Sequence record: MK268344.1
Reading direction: 5' to 3' (one strand)
Length of the DNA stretch: 64,000 nt
Shown: piece by piece, positions 16,021-25,629 of the stretch
How positions within the stretch are numbered: position 1 is the first letter of the stretch
Layout: each line of letters begins with the position of its first letter
Translations under genes and position numbers: made by a program
The notes under the pieces: model-generated
Seen by the model: the letters and a program-made list of their open reading frames with translations, nothing else
Database searches by the model: none
What the model was told of the DNA's origin: nothing

Positions 16021-16265
16021 ATATGAAAACCGATAAAGCTATTGAAAAGATGCGTCGTAATAAGCGTAATTGGACTATCCCTAAACTGAAAGTAATCGCC
16101 GCACGTTGTGGTATTTCGTGCGTGTCGAATGGTAGTACTCATCACGTTTTCAGGTTAGAGGGTGTTGTAGAACATTTGTCAATTCCATTCAATGGTAAGG
16201 ACATTCACCCTGATTATATAACTAAATTTCTACGCCTAATAGATAAGGCAACAGGAGAGAAGTAA
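16017..16265 (+). CDS. hicA: HicA-family mRNA interferase (dsRBD-like), no adjacent HicB
   Basis: DKAIEKMRRN...W...L...GI...GSTHHVF...LSIP...IHPDYITKFL; GAGGT RBS (ATG 16023). Confidence 0.7.
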   Translation: MNMKTDKAIEKMRRNKRNWTIPKLKVIAARCGISCVSNGSTHHVFRLEGVVEHLSIPFNGKDIHPDYITKFLRLIDKATGEK

Positions 16266-17500
16266 TGATTTCTGAATACATGGCAATGTTTTCAAAAATG
16301 ATGAATGACTATCCGTGGATGATGGGTCTTTATTCATTATATGGAATGGCAGTAATAACGTATCTAACAAAATTCATTCCTAAGATTTGGAACTTTATCT
16401 ACAGTCAAAGCATTACAACATTAGAATTGAATAATGCTGGTTGGTCTGGAAATGAAGCTCACTTTTTGGCATTTATGGAATGGTACTTAAAAAGTCCATA
16501 TGCTAAGTGGTCACGCTATCTTTCACTAGATGGTAAATTTCACAGATGGGAAGATGATGAACCTACGAATAAAACTTATGTAATTGGTGCTGGTTATGGC
16601 ACACACTTCTTCTTTTACAAGAAGCGTCTATTTTGGTTCTCTAAAGGAACATTACAAAGTTCGGGTTCGGAGAAAGAAAAACAAAATATTGTAATTAAAA
16701 CACTAGGTCGCACACAGAAACCATTAGTAGATTTAGTCGCTGATTTTGCAGTTAAACCTAAAGAAACTGATATTAGTATCTTTAACTATAAAGATGATTG
16801 GGAACAGATTTCATCAGTAACTAAACGTCCACTATCATCAGTAATTCTACGTAAAGATATTAAAGATGAATTGGTTGGGAATCTTGAGTACTTCTATGCT
16901 AATCGTGAATGGTACGTGTCACGTGGTCTAGCATATAAACAAACTTATATCCTACACGGTTTGCCCGGTACAGGTAAAAGTAGTACTATCAAAGCACTAG
17001 CATCACACTTCAAAAAGAATATCTGTATCATTGATATTACTACAATGAGTAACATGGCATTCGAAAAAGCAATGGCATCCGTTCCTCGTGGTTCAATCGT
17101 TCTAATCGAAGACTTTGATTCGTGTCGTGCATTACATTCACGTGAAGATAGTGAAGATAATACAAATGGTATGGCTGAATTGGTAGAAGTACTATCACTA
17201 TCTAAAGTACTAAATGTTCTTGATGGTGTAGTTAGTCTAGATGATACTGTGGTATTTTTAACTACCAACCACCTAGATAAGATTGACGCTGCAATGACAC
17301 GTAAAGGAAGGGTTGATTATTGCATCGAGATTCCACACCTAGAAGATGCAGAAGTGAAAGAATATATTCATCTTATGTATCCAGATGAAGAAATTCCACA
17401 AAAAACATTTGACACCATCGCAGGTTGTGATATACAATCTCTTTACCTCGAACATAAAGAAGATTTCAACAGCTTCATTGGAAGTCTAAAGGAGAAATAA
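16265..17500 (+). CDS. BCS1-like AAA+ ATPase with N-terminal TM segment
   Basis: Walker A GLPGTGKS, Walker B IVLIEDFD, LSKVLNVLDG, TTNHLDKIDAAMTRKGRVD. Confidence 0.88.
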   Translation: MISEYMAMFSKMMNDYPWMMGLYSLYGMAVITYLTKFIPKIWNFIYSQSITTLELNNAGWSGNEAHFLAFMEWYLKSPYAKWSRYLSLDGKFHRWEDDEPTNKTYVIGAGYGTHFFFYKKRLFWFSKGTLQSSGSEKEKQNIVIKTLGRTQKPLVDLVADFAVKPKETDISIFNYKDDWEQISSVTKRPLSSVILRKDIKDELVGNLEYFYANREWYVSRGLAYKQTYILHGLPGTGKSSTIKALASHFKKNICIIDITTMSNMAFEKAMASVPRGSIVLIEDFDSCRALHSREDSEDNTNGMAELVEVLSLSKVLNVLDGVVSLDDTVVFLTTNHLDKIDAAMTRKGRVDYCIEIPHLEDAEVKEYIHLMYPDEEIPQKTFDTIAGCDIQSLYLEHKEDFNSFIGSLKEK

Positions 17501-17910
17501 TGGCTGAACTTAAACTCAAGTTGCGTGAGCGTTGGGTTAATGTTAGCGATAATACGGTAATTCAAAGTCTCATCACTGAGGAAACTATTCACATTGATGA
17601 TGATTTAGATTTTGAAGAAATGGCACATTATTATATGTGCCTCCGTGTTGGGTCGAGTATTGTAGATGGTGTCCGTCATGAAGTTTCGGTTTATGACGGT
17701 TCATTGACAAAAGAAGAAATGTTTGATTTCATTCTAAACAATACAGTAACATTATATCCTGATGGATCTACGTGGACGAAACATAATGAAGACGGTACTG
17801 AAGAAAAAGTAGTACTGAAATATAATGTATCCATTAATGGCTGTAGTATGAGTGGTTATGATTTAGAAGATGCTATTAATCACTACGTTAAGGAGATTCA
17901 AAATAAATGA
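17500..17910 (+). CDS. hypothetical protein
   Basis: AAGGAG RBS, TAATG coupling. Confidence 0.75.
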   Translation: MAELKLKLRERWVNVSDNTVIQSLITEETIHIDDDLDFEEMAHYYMCLRVGSSIVDGVRHEVSVYDGSLTKEEMFDFILNNTVTLYPDGSTWTKHNEDGTEEKVVLKYNVSINGCSMSGYDLEDAINHYVKEIQNK

Positions 17911-18230
17911 TTTCAGTAATGTGTGTAATTTGTGCTACTATCGTAATTTGTACTTTTATTAAGTACCGCTGCATTTGGAAATGTCAGCAACAAGAATACA
18001 GATTATATCGTGAGAAAAACAAGAAATCACCGTTTGTTATTCGTCCACATTTATATAAGCATCCACATGATGCATCTAAACATTATTGGGGTTATGTAGT
18101 ATTCAATACTGACACTGACCACCCATATACTGGCATTGATAAAAACAATACATCTTTTACTGTATATCGCGAAAAGGCCGATGCAGATAAGCGTCGTAAA
18201 GAATTGGATGAATTGTATGAATACAATTGA
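17907..18230 (+). CDS. hypothetical protein with N-terminal TM
   Basis: AAGGAG RBS. Confidence 0.7.
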   Translation: MISVMCVICATIVICTFIKYRCIWKCQQQEYRLYREKNKKSPFVIRPHLYKHPHDASKHYWGYVVFNTDTDHPYTGIDKNNTSFTVYREKADADKRRKELDELYEYN

Positions 18231-18582
18231 TTATAATGATGCCATAAAATTGATGGAGAAATTCATCAATACTTACAAAGTAAAAGGAAAATTAAAAGGG
18301 TATTCTTATTCATTCAGTTCACGTAAGATAGAATTACGAGACAATAGTACTTCTGAATCTGTTATTATATGCAACGATCGTCTGATATATGTCCAATCAG
18401 TATCAAGATTCAGAACTACATCCTTTAAACGTTACTTATGTGAAGAAGAATGTTTTCAGGATTCTTGTATTGGTGAAGTCGGTTGTGATGAAAAGATGGA
18501 GTTGCTTATCAAAGAATGTGTTGACGTGTACTACCAAAGTGTGATAAACTCGCTTAACATAGGTGGTTGGGTTGATGAGTGA
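18217..18582 (+). CDS. EEEYFQ-family hypothetical protein
   Basis: CEEECFQDSCIGEVG. Confidence 0.7.
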   Translation: MNTIDYNDAIKLMEKFINTYKVKGKLKGYSYSFSSRKIELRDNSTSESVIICNDRLIYVQSVSRFRTTSFKRYLCEEECFQDSCIGEVGCDEKMELLIKECVDVYYQSVINSLNIGGWVDE

Positions 18583-18973
18583 AAATGTTGTTAATCGTAA
18601 TAAACTATTAGAACGAGGTTTAATGTTGATAGTTGGTGCTACTATGTCATTAGAAGATACTGGTAGTACTGGTCAATACCTCGTGAAAATGGGTACAATG
18701 AAGTTAGTACTATCTAGAAACTTTACAGAGGTTGCTATTTCAAAACACTATGTAACTATTAGATGGATGAGTGAAAGTATTGTATTAAGTCGGGCAACAT
18801 CAGAAGAAGATTATTTTCAGAAGATGTGTCTTGATGATTCGTATTGTGATGAAGAGTACGAAAAAGGTATTAAAGAATTTTTTGATTTATATATGAAATC
18901 CTTGTATCGCAATTTTGCAATAGGGGGTTTCCTAGAAGGTGCTTATGCAGAAGATATCGAAAACGATCAGTAA
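18575..18973 (+). CDS. EEEYFQ-family hypothetical protein
   Basis: SEEDYFQKMCLDD; resembles upstream neighbour. Confidence 0.7.
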   Translation: MSENVVNRNKLLERGLMLIVGATMSLEDTGSTGQYLVKMGTMKLVLSRNFTEVAISKHYVTIRWMSESIVLSRATSEEDYFQKMCLDDSYCDEEYEKGIKEFFDLYMKSLYRNFAIGGFLEGAYAEDIENDQ

Positions 18974-19274
18974 GTATCTCGCTGGTTTGAGTAAGTTTAA
19001 ACAAGGCGAAGAATACGAAAGTAACAACATAAAATATAGGATTATGTTTGATCCACAATCCTATGATCAAGTACTATTATTTTTCAGTAAAGAGAATGGG
19101 CGAGAATCAATCCAATTTGCTTGTACTGAATTTGGTATTTACATTCGTGAAGAAGATAGTGATTCACCATCTCACTATTACTATCACACCCTTATGTACA
19201 CACGTGATTTTGGATTTACCCTTTACGATCTAGCCAATGTGTATCACATTTTCAAAGAAATGAAAAAATCTTGA
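18939..19274 (+). CDS. hypothetical protein
   Basis: AAGGT RBS. Confidence 0.65.
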   Translation: MLMQKISKTISKYLAGLSKFKQGEEYESNNIKYRIMFDPQSYDQVLLFFSKENGRESIQFACTEFGIYIREEDSDSPSHYYYHTLMYTRDFGFTLYDLANVYHIFKEMKKS

Positions 19275-19301
19275 GACAAATCTTGGCTTTTGTGATATAA
19301 T
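19271..19301 (+). promoter_or_regulatory. phage promoter class TGAGAC-N18-TATAAT
   Basis: TTGAGACAAA...TGTGATATAAT. Confidence 0.7.
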
Positions 19302-19329
19302 AACGAGAGTCAATCAATGGAGATAAAAT

Positions 19330-20190
19330 ATGTTTACTAAATTTCACAATGTAAGTTTCATCACTTCAACTGTCACTGGTCTAGAGGTCGAAGGCAATCA
19401 TCTAGTGATTCACACAACTGGTAGTTCTTACGAAGTTCCTTTCAAGAGTGGGGCTGAAGCAAAATCTGGTCTAGATGAACTAACTGATATTCTAAACAAT
19501 AATAATATTAATACCAATAAAAAAGAAGAAACCGCATCCAAGACCGATGATATTCTAAATCTTGCACAGGAAGCCGTAGAATCGCTTCAAGGCGTTCTAG
19601 GAACCCTACGTAGTGCTGCTACTTCTAAAGTGGCTGACGTAGCGGTACAAAAGGTTTTAGACCGTATTGATGGTCGTCTATCTTCTGTACTAGATGCAAA
19701 AGATGATCTTATTGCCAAAGCTAAGAGCATCTTTGAACATGCGGAACCAGAAAATAAACCAAAAGCACAACCAAAAACTAAAGAAAAGTCAGTGGTAAAA
19801 GAACCTAAAAACAGCGATGTGCCAGTAGGTGATAACATTTTTGGTGATATTCTAAATGATATCTTCACTGGTACTTCTTGTGTGGATGTTTCACATGAGC
19901 ATGGTGCTAAGAAAATCACAGTGGACGAATTCAAACAAGTATTTGGTACTGAGTCTGAACCACTAATCGGTGATCTAACTGATAAACAATTACGTGAGTT
20001 CATTTCTGAGTTTGTTGATGGTGCACTAGAGAATGAGCGTGTACAAGTGCTATTCAATAATATCAAAGAACAATTTGGCGTTGAAGAAGCAGAAAAAGCA
20101 ATTGAAGGATATAAGAAACTAATTCATACATTCTGTAACCAAAATGTTGAGATGACACTATCTCAAGTAATTGCTCGTTACTTCTCCTAA
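19330..20190 (+). CDS. hypothetical protein, high-expression-like codon usage
   Basis: GGAG RBS; own promoter and terminator. Confidence 0.8.
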   Translation: MFTKFHNVSFITSTVTGLEVEGNHLVIHTTGSSYEVPFKSGAEAKSGLDELTDILNNNNINTNKKEETASKTDDILNLAQEAVESLQGVLGTLRSAATSKVADVAVQKVLDRIDGRLSSVLDAKDDLIAKAKSIFEHAEPENKPKAQPKTKEKSVVKEPKNSDVPVGDNIFGDILNDIFTGTSCVDVSHEHGAKKITVDEFKQVFGTESEPLIGDLTDKQLREFISEFVDGALENERVQVLFNNIKEQFGVEEAEKAIEGYKKLIHTFCNQNVEMTLSQVIARYFS

Positions 20191-20191
20191 T

Positions 20192-20223
20192 AAAAAAAGG
20201 CGGCCTTTCGGTCGCCTTTTTTT
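20192..20223. terminator. bidirectional intrinsic terminator
   Basis: AAAAAAAGGCGGCC-TTTC-GGTCGCCTTTTTTT between convergent genes. Confidence 0.85.
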
Positions 20224-20226
20224 GTT

Positions 20227-21354
20227 TTAGTCTTTACCAACTATTACAATTTTACCAGTTAATTCAATATTGCTATGTAGAATTATTTCTTCATCACTTT
20301 CTAAATCTACTTCAAGCATAACTACTTTATTACCTTCGTACACAGTAAAGGAAATATTCTTCTTACCGTGTTCAGACGCTGCGATGTTCATCAAGAATTT
20401 TTCACCTGATGCAGTCCACGCTAGAGGTGCTACGTATGGAGTTGTTTTGAGAGTTTTGCCAATAATTACAGCACGATATGGAGTATCATCGTATTTGGTT
20501 ACTGTAATATTCCCATTCACTACTGATACGTCTGCATCATAAAGTACAAAATCAGTTTGATCTAATGATTGAAGTTGGATTACAATATCATTACCACGTC
20601 CATGAACAGAAGCAGGTATGGTTGATACGAATACATTACCAGATTGTTGTTGTTCTGAACTTGGAATTGAAATTGACGTAACATAATCTGAGTCTTGGTC
20701 ATCCATGATAATTGGAACTGTTACTGACTTGTCATTATAGTTTGGCGATGTTACTTTAATAGTAACAGTACCCGGCCCTACTATTGGGGTAACAGTGTCG
20801 ATAACGAATGAACCATCTGGATTTACAATACCGGTTACTTCCCTACCATCTGGTAGTGTTGCTGTTATTACCATACCATTAGTGTTTACTGTTCCACTAG
20901 GAACTGTTATCACACCGGTAATACTGGTATCACCATTTTTAATTGGATTTGCTATGATATTAGAAATATCAATGGGTGGAATTCCACATTCAGGAATGTA
21001 CATATCATAAAGTACTTTCCCGTTACTTAGAATCTTTTTATTAGTTAAGAATCTGATTACAAAACCTTCAATGGTATGTTGCGGGTTATAGCCACGCACA
21101 AAGAAAGTATTTCTTGGAATCATATTAACTAATTGTGAATCGGATAACGAATAATCTAAAAATACGCCTGTTAGTAATAGCTTTTGGTATACAATTTCAG
21201 TACTTGGATCAATTAAGTCAAACATTACATCTGAACGTTGTTTGTAGATGCGAAGGTTTGTAGTCTTAGTGTGATCGTGGAAGTGTACACCGTTAGCAAT
21301 ATACCCACAGACACCGTAAGGATATTCATTAATTCCAGCTATCGGTCTTGCCAT
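20227..21354 (-). CDS. putative virion structural protein with Ig-like domain
   Basis: Beta-rich; IKNGDTSITGV...TATLPDG...GSFVI...ITIKVT Ig-like; TAAATA on minus strand at 21386-21391. Confidence 0.65.
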   Translation of the reverse strand: MARPIAGINEYPYGVCGYIANGVHFHDHTKTTNLRIYKQRSDVMFDLIDPSTEIVYQKLLLTGVFLDYSLSDSQLVNMIPRNTFFVRGYNPQHTIEGFVIRFLTNKKILSNGKVLYDMYIPECGIPPIDISNIIANPIKNGDTSITGVITVPSGTVNTNGMVITATLPDGREVTGIVNPDGSFVIDTVTPIVGPGTVTIKVTSPNYNDKSVTVPIIMDDQDSDYVTSISIPSSEQQQSGNVFVSTIPASVHGRGNDIVIQLQSLDQTDFVLYDADVSVVNGNITVTKYDDTPYRAVIIGKTLKTTPYVAPLAWTASGEKFLMNIAASEHGKKNISFTVYEGNKVVMLEVDLESDEEIILHSNIELTGKIVIVGKD

Positions 21355-21408
21355 TTTTCCCCCTTAAACATGAGTGTTATATCAATATTTACCTCAAAGA
21401 ATAAAAAA

Positions 21409-21437
21409 TTGACACCATACATGATTTACAGTATAAT
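21409..21437 (+). promoter_or_regulatory. sigma70-type promoter
   Basis: TTGACA-17-TATAAT perfect consensus. Confidence 0.75.
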
Positions 21438-21493
21438 ATGTTTTGTTGATTGGGAGACCGATTGATCTCAAATTTATAAATTCAGGAGTTGTT

Positions 21494-22066
21494 ATGAGTC
21501 GTTTAATTATTAAGAATAACAAGATGACAGTTCGCTTGCACAATGATGAGGCTGATTCGTTCATGGCTAAAGCTATTGCGAAATCAGAAAAATTCGAACG
21601 CATTGCATCAGCAGCGAAATCACCTTATGGTTTCAATCATCCACACGCTCATTTCGTTGGGATGGTTGCAGAACACGCTTCATGGATTCTGTTTAATAGT
21701 ATTGAAGAACTAACCGGGAATGACCTGAAAATTGATCCTGCATATCGCGATGAGAACCGTGAGGCTGAATGTGACCTGTACGTTAACGGATTACGTATTG
21801 AAGTTAAAGGTATTAAGTATGGGTCGTGGCTAAACTTCGGGCCGTGTATTAGCTCTCGTCAATTGAAAAAAATTGAGAAAAAAGCTGACATTGTTTTGTG
21901 GGCGTTGTATAATGAACGTCGTCAGGAATTTTCATTCGAAGGATTTAACTACGTTAAAGATATTCGTTCGATTCCTACTGTAGTTACTGGTGCTGTGGGA
22001 CGCCCACAAATCGAAAACCATCCAGTACTGGATATTCTTAAACCACTTCAGGAGCTTGCACTATGA
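21494..22066 (+). CDS. PD-(D/E)xK restriction-like nuclease
   Basis: GMVAE...ECDLYVNGLRIEVKG; AGGAG RBS before ATG 21494. Confidence 0.6.
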   Translation: MSRLIIKNNKMTVRLHNDEADSFMAKAIAKSEKFERIASAAKSPYGFNHPHAHFVGMVAEHASWILFNSIEELTGNDLKIDPAYRDENREAECDLYVNGLRIEVKGIKYGSWLNFGPCISSRQLKKIEKKADIVLWALYNERRQEFSFEGFNYVKDIRSIPTVVTGAVGRPQIENHPVLDILKPLQELAL

Positions 22067-22272
22067 AAGCATGGGTATATGTTGATGGATATGCAAAAGT
22101 AGAAGCTGATTTCCCAGAACTCCCACGTATGGGAGATGAAATCTCTATTAAAAGCATGCCCGACTCATTTGGAACTAAGTACATTGTTGATTATGTACAG
22201 CATGAAATTCGCCACGGCGATCTAACAACTAAAGTAACTATTAATATCTACACAAAGGAGGTTCCACTATGA
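22063..22272 (+). CDS. hypothetical protein
   Basis: AGGAG RBS, ATGA coupling. Confidence 0.7.
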   Translation: MKAWVYVDGYAKVEADFPELPRMGDEISIKSMPDSFGTKYIVDYVQHEIRHGDLTTKVTINIYTKEVPL

Positions 22273-22742
22273 TTCTCTCGTGTATTGCAATTTTAATTCT
22301 ATTCTGTGTGATTCTTTCTTGGACTGATTTACACTCACATGTAGGGTATGCTTTCTATGTAGCAAAGAATGAAGGATGGCATCTATTTCCAATTGTTTGG
22401 TTTCAATCATTCTTTCTACCTACAGCATTTTTACGTAGTGGTAAGTCTGCTTTTGATTATACTGAATTGTCCAAATTGGAACGTACACTAAGGGCGTACT
22501 TTAGTAACGAGGAAGGAATCGAAGCAGAATGGGAATCACGGCGTGGACGGTATTTTGAAATCAGTCGTAAGGGATTTAAAGGAATTCGTTTCCATATACC
22601 AAAAGATGATAGTGTTTCAATCAATGGTTATGATCGCTTAGTTCCACCACGCCTAGCATTTTTGATGCTAGCATGTGCTAAACAGATTGTAAACGAACAT
22701 AAAAAGAAAAAAAATACGAGTGAAAAACCACTTTTCTGTTGA
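22269..22742 (+). CDS. hypothetical membrane protein
   Basis: AGGAGG RBS, N-terminal TM. Confidence 0.7.
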   Translation: MILSCIAILILFCVILSWTDLHSHVGYAFYVAKNEGWHLFPIVWFQSFFLPTAFLRSGKSAFDYTELSKLERTLRAYFSNEEGIEAEWESRRGRYFEISRKGFKGIRFHIPKDDSVSINGYDRLVPPRLAFLMLACAKQIVNEHKKKKNTSEKPLFC

Positions 22743-22767
22743 CAGATTGGTAATACCTAGATATAAT
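22739..22767 (+). promoter_or_regulatory. sigma70-type promoter
   Basis: TTGACA-17-TATAAT. Confidence 0.75.
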
Positions 22768-22795
22768 ACTTTCACTAACTAAGGAGATAATTTGT

Positions 22796-23278
22796 ATGAA
22801 TATCGTAGCAACTAAACTCTCAAGTTCAATGAGTAAACGTCAAGGTTATCTTTCAATCTCTGATGCAATGGAACCAAATCTAAAAAGCTATACATTCAGC
22901 CATTGCCTTAAACTCAAAAAAGATGCACTCGGATTTACAAAATGGGTTCTATATTGGGATGATACCGATTTCGTAGTAGTATTCACTGTTATTACCACTG
23001 TTCTCAGTACTGGTTATATCAAAGCAACTATCATTGATCGTGAATTGACTGATGTGCAAACTGTTGGTGCTTACACTGGTAAAAACTCATTCACTGAAGT
23101 TCATCTTGTACAAGGAAAATATCTAAGTACAAAAGATCGTGCTAACGCCATAAGTACTGCTCTCAGTACCCATGATTTTCGTGAGCATAACACTTCAACC
23201 AAAGAAGATCCTAAAAAACTACAAGCACAAATTGACGCTATTGCTGAATCTTGGGGAATTAAACCCAAAAAATCATAA
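22796..23278 (+). CDS. hypothetical protein
   Basis: AAGGAG RBS. Confidence 0.75.
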   Translation: MNIVATKLSSSMSKRQGYLSISDAMEPNLKSYTFSHCLKLKKDALGFTKWVLYWDDTDFVVVFTVITTVLSTGYIKATIIDRELTDVQTVGAYTGKNSFTEVHLVQGKYLSTKDRANAISTALSTHDFREHNTSTKEDPKKLQAQIDAIAESWGIKPKKS

Positions 23279-23322
23279 CCAGTTCAGGCCACTCAGTGGC
23301 CTTCTTTAAGGAGTTGATAAAA

Positions 23323-23766
23323 ATGATTACTTCAAAATTTTTCAAATATTATGTAGCATTTTATTTTTGTCTTGCATATTTGTTTGTAGGGTATTATACT
23401 AATATCATTACATGGGAAACTCCGTCGCATTTACGGTTTCTTATGAATATTATTCTAGCTCTTGGATCATGTTTCTTTGGTGCAATGATTTTATCTTACA
23501 TGGCAGAAGATATGATGGCTGCTAAAGATTCATTCAGTATTTTTGGAAAGAAAAAACTATTTCGTATTTGGCAATATTTAGCAGCACCAATTTTAATTTG
23601 GGGAATTTATAAATGGGAATATTTCGGAATTGTTATTCCATCATTCTTGATGTACATGGGTATGAAAGCACTAATCACTAATCATAATAAACACGTTGAA
23701 GTATTCAACGAAGAAGAACTTAAACGTAGAGCACGTCAAGAACAAGCGGAGAAGGTGACATTATGA
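23323..23766 (+). CDS. hypothetical multi-pass membrane protein
   Basis: AAGGAG RBS; about 4 hydrophobic segments. Confidence 0.7.
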   Translation: MITSKFFKYYVAFYFCLAYLFVGYYTNIITWETPSHLRFLMNIILALGSCFFGAMILSYMAEDMMAAKDSFSIFGKKKLFRIWQYLAAPILIWGIYKWEYFGIVIPSFLMYMGMKALITNHNKHVEVFNEEELKRRARQEQAEKVTL

Positions 23767-24176
23767 TCAAAGGTCTTTATATTTTCTTTTCTGTACTGAT
23801 CGGTATTAAAGTACTAGAAGGTATTCCATTTTTAGATGTATTATCAGGTTCGTGGCATACGCTAAGTACTGTTGCATTACGTTCTTTTATGTTTTTAGCA
23901 CTTTTTCTGGTTGCTTTTAACACTGCTGCGTTTATGGAAGAAAAAGATAATCATGACAGTTCTTTTGTGCAATTTTACCTACGTCAGTTCATTGGTCTTA
24001 AATTATTACCATTGTGGCCTTTGTACTTTTGGTTTGGGGCAGCAGCATTTCAAGTACAAGTGAATAATATCATCGATGCAGTAGCAATTTTCATTATTAC
24101 TTTACTAGCAACAAGCGTTGTTCTTGTCCAGAATGGCTTGTATAAGCGGTTCCTAATGGAAGAAGTAAAAAAGTAA
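23763..24176 (+). CDS. hypothetical multi-pass membrane protein
   Basis: ATGA coupling; about 4 hydrophobic segments. Confidence 0.7.
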   Translation: MIKGLYIFFSVLIGIKVLEGIPFLDVLSGSWHTLSTVALRSFMFLALFLVAFNTAAFMEEKDNHDSSFVQFYLRQFIGLKLLPLWPLYFWFGAAAFQVQVNNIIDAVAIFIITLLATSVVLVQNGLYKRFLMEEVKK

Positions 24177-24185
24177 ACATAATCA

Positions 24186-24214
24186 TTGACCGCCTAGGCG
24201 GTCATTGTTATAAT
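24186..24214 (+). promoter_or_regulatory. sigma70-type promoter with -35 inside hairpin
   Basis: TGACCGCC-TA-GGCGGTCA; TTGACC-17-TATAAT. Confidence 0.7.
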
Positions 24215-24244
24215 ATATGCATACAAACAAACGAGGAAATAAGA

Positions 24245-24667
24245 ATGTCTTGGAAACATGTTGACCGTGCTGAACTGAACCAATTTGATATCTTTGCTTT
24301 TGTAAATCTCAAACAAAATGTAGTGATGAAAGGTCGTGTTTTCACAGGTTCCGATTTAGTTACTAAAGTGCTAGTAATGGATAGTGAAGGTGAAATTCAA
24401 GGCGTACTCGATCTCCCTGATTGGGCATATTACAGTACTGAAGATGCCATGCTTAAAGCATTCTATGAAGAAGTCGGAGCACTTCCGGGGGGTGACTTCA
24501 AGAATAAAGTATGGAACATGACGCATAATAATTATCGCATGGAACAACTTTCGGCAATGATTCAGCGTCTTACTGACATTGCATTTGAAACGCCAGAAGC
24601 AATCATTTTAAAATACGTTCCCGATTTGACCATTACTGATTCAATGCTTGAGCAATTCAAGTTCTAA
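24245..24667 (+). CDS. hypothetical protein
   Basis: GAGGA RBS. Confidence 0.75.
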   Translation: MSWKHVDRAELNQFDIFAFVNLKQNVVMKGRVFTGSDLVTKVLVMDSEGEIQGVLDLPDWAYYSTEDAMLKAFYEEVGALPGGDFKNKVWNMTHNNYRMEQLSAMIQRLTDIAFETPEAIILKYVPDLTITDSMLEQFKF

Positions 24668-24676
24668 TAGAAAAAA

Positions 24677-24709
24677 GCAGTTGACGTTTAATACGTTGGC
24701 TGCTATAAT
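24677..24709 (+). promoter_or_regulatory. sigma70-type promoter with -35 inside hairpin
   Basis: GCAGTTGACG...CGTTGGCTGC; TTGACG-17-TATAAT. Confidence 0.7.
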
Positions 24710-24736
24710 TTCTGTACTTAATCAAAGGAGAATATC

Positions 24737-25093
24737 ATGAGACATCGTTTCGCATTCATTCGCAACCGTACTGAATATCTAATGAATAAAGGTATGGATG
24801 AAGATACTGCTTCCAAGCAAGCAAATCTTGATTTCCGTAGTATGACTTCGTTGGCGGCTGAATGTGTAATGACTTGTGCTGATGAAGAACTTCCCGGTAA
24901 AGGTAATACTCGTTGTAATCGTACAGCTTGTCAAAGTGATAAGCATGTGTTATTTTATAATTTCGTTATGGGAAAGAATTATTGCGTCAATTGTGCAACT
25001 GATATTCGTTTCTGTAACAATCTTAAAGAATTAGATTTATACCCTGAGTACAATAAATCTTTGGATAAACTGTTAGAGGACAATGCAAAATGA
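24737..25093 (+). CDS. hypothetical protein with Cys4 zinc finger
   Basis: CNRTAC...YCVNC; AAGGAG RBS. Confidence 0.75.
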   Translation: MRHRFAFIRNRTEYLMNKGMDEDTASKQANLDFRSMTSLAAECVMTCADEELPGKGNTRCNRTACQSDKHVLFYNFVMGKNYCVNCATDIRFCNNLKELDLYPEYNKSLDKLLEDNAK

Positions 25094-25338
25094 GTCAAGC
25101 TGAAATCACCGCAAACATTATCATCACTGAACAGCAACACATTGAAGAACTCCGTATGCACATCAAAGACCTGTACCAGCAAGTTTCTGATGGTCTAATG
25201 GCAAGTGGTAATGTAGTTACTAAGGATATTGAAAATCTTTACAAAGAGATCGATGCATCCTTTAATAAAAAAAGTAAGTACGAACAGAACGTACTAGCAC
25301 TTAAACGTCAAATCTTTAAAGAATTGGGAGTACTGTAA
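25090..25338 (+). CDS. hypothetical coiled-coil protein
   Basis: GAGGA RBS. Confidence 0.7.
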   Translation: MSQAEITANIIITEQQHIEELRMHIKDLYQQVSDGLMASGNVVTKDIENLYKEIDASFNKKSKYEQNVLALKRQIFKELGVL

Positions 25339-25629
25339 ATGTTCAAGAGCTTTGCCCCTTGGGATAAAAAACCAGAAGAAAATGGTGCGTACATAGTCGT
25401 GGTCTATTCTCGTGATGGTGTACCAGTGATGCGTATTGCATTTTATGATGTTGAGTCAAATACGTGGACACAACAGCATATTGAAGAATATGGATATGCC
25501 ACTACTTCCAAACTTAACGACAACATTATTTCTTATTATAAGAAAATTGATGGTGTTTCTTTTGAGGTAATCCCTGAATCCTATAATATCAAAATGGATG
25601 GGGTTAAACTTAACGAAGATGACGAATGA
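25339..25629 (+). CDS. hypothetical protein
   Basis: GGAG RBS. Confidence 0.7.
   Translation: MFKSFAPWDKKPEENGAYIVVVYSRDGVPVMRIAFYDVESNTWTQQHIEEYGYATTSKLNDNIISYYKKIDGVSFEVIPESYNIKMDGVKLNEDDE

Noticed and set aside
19587-20066. 159-aa minus-strand ORF (similarly 16945-17268, 3232-3600, 33812-34153 and other antisense ORFs)
   Set aside because: Fully antisense to well-supported + strand genes, without RBS; explained by codon bias.
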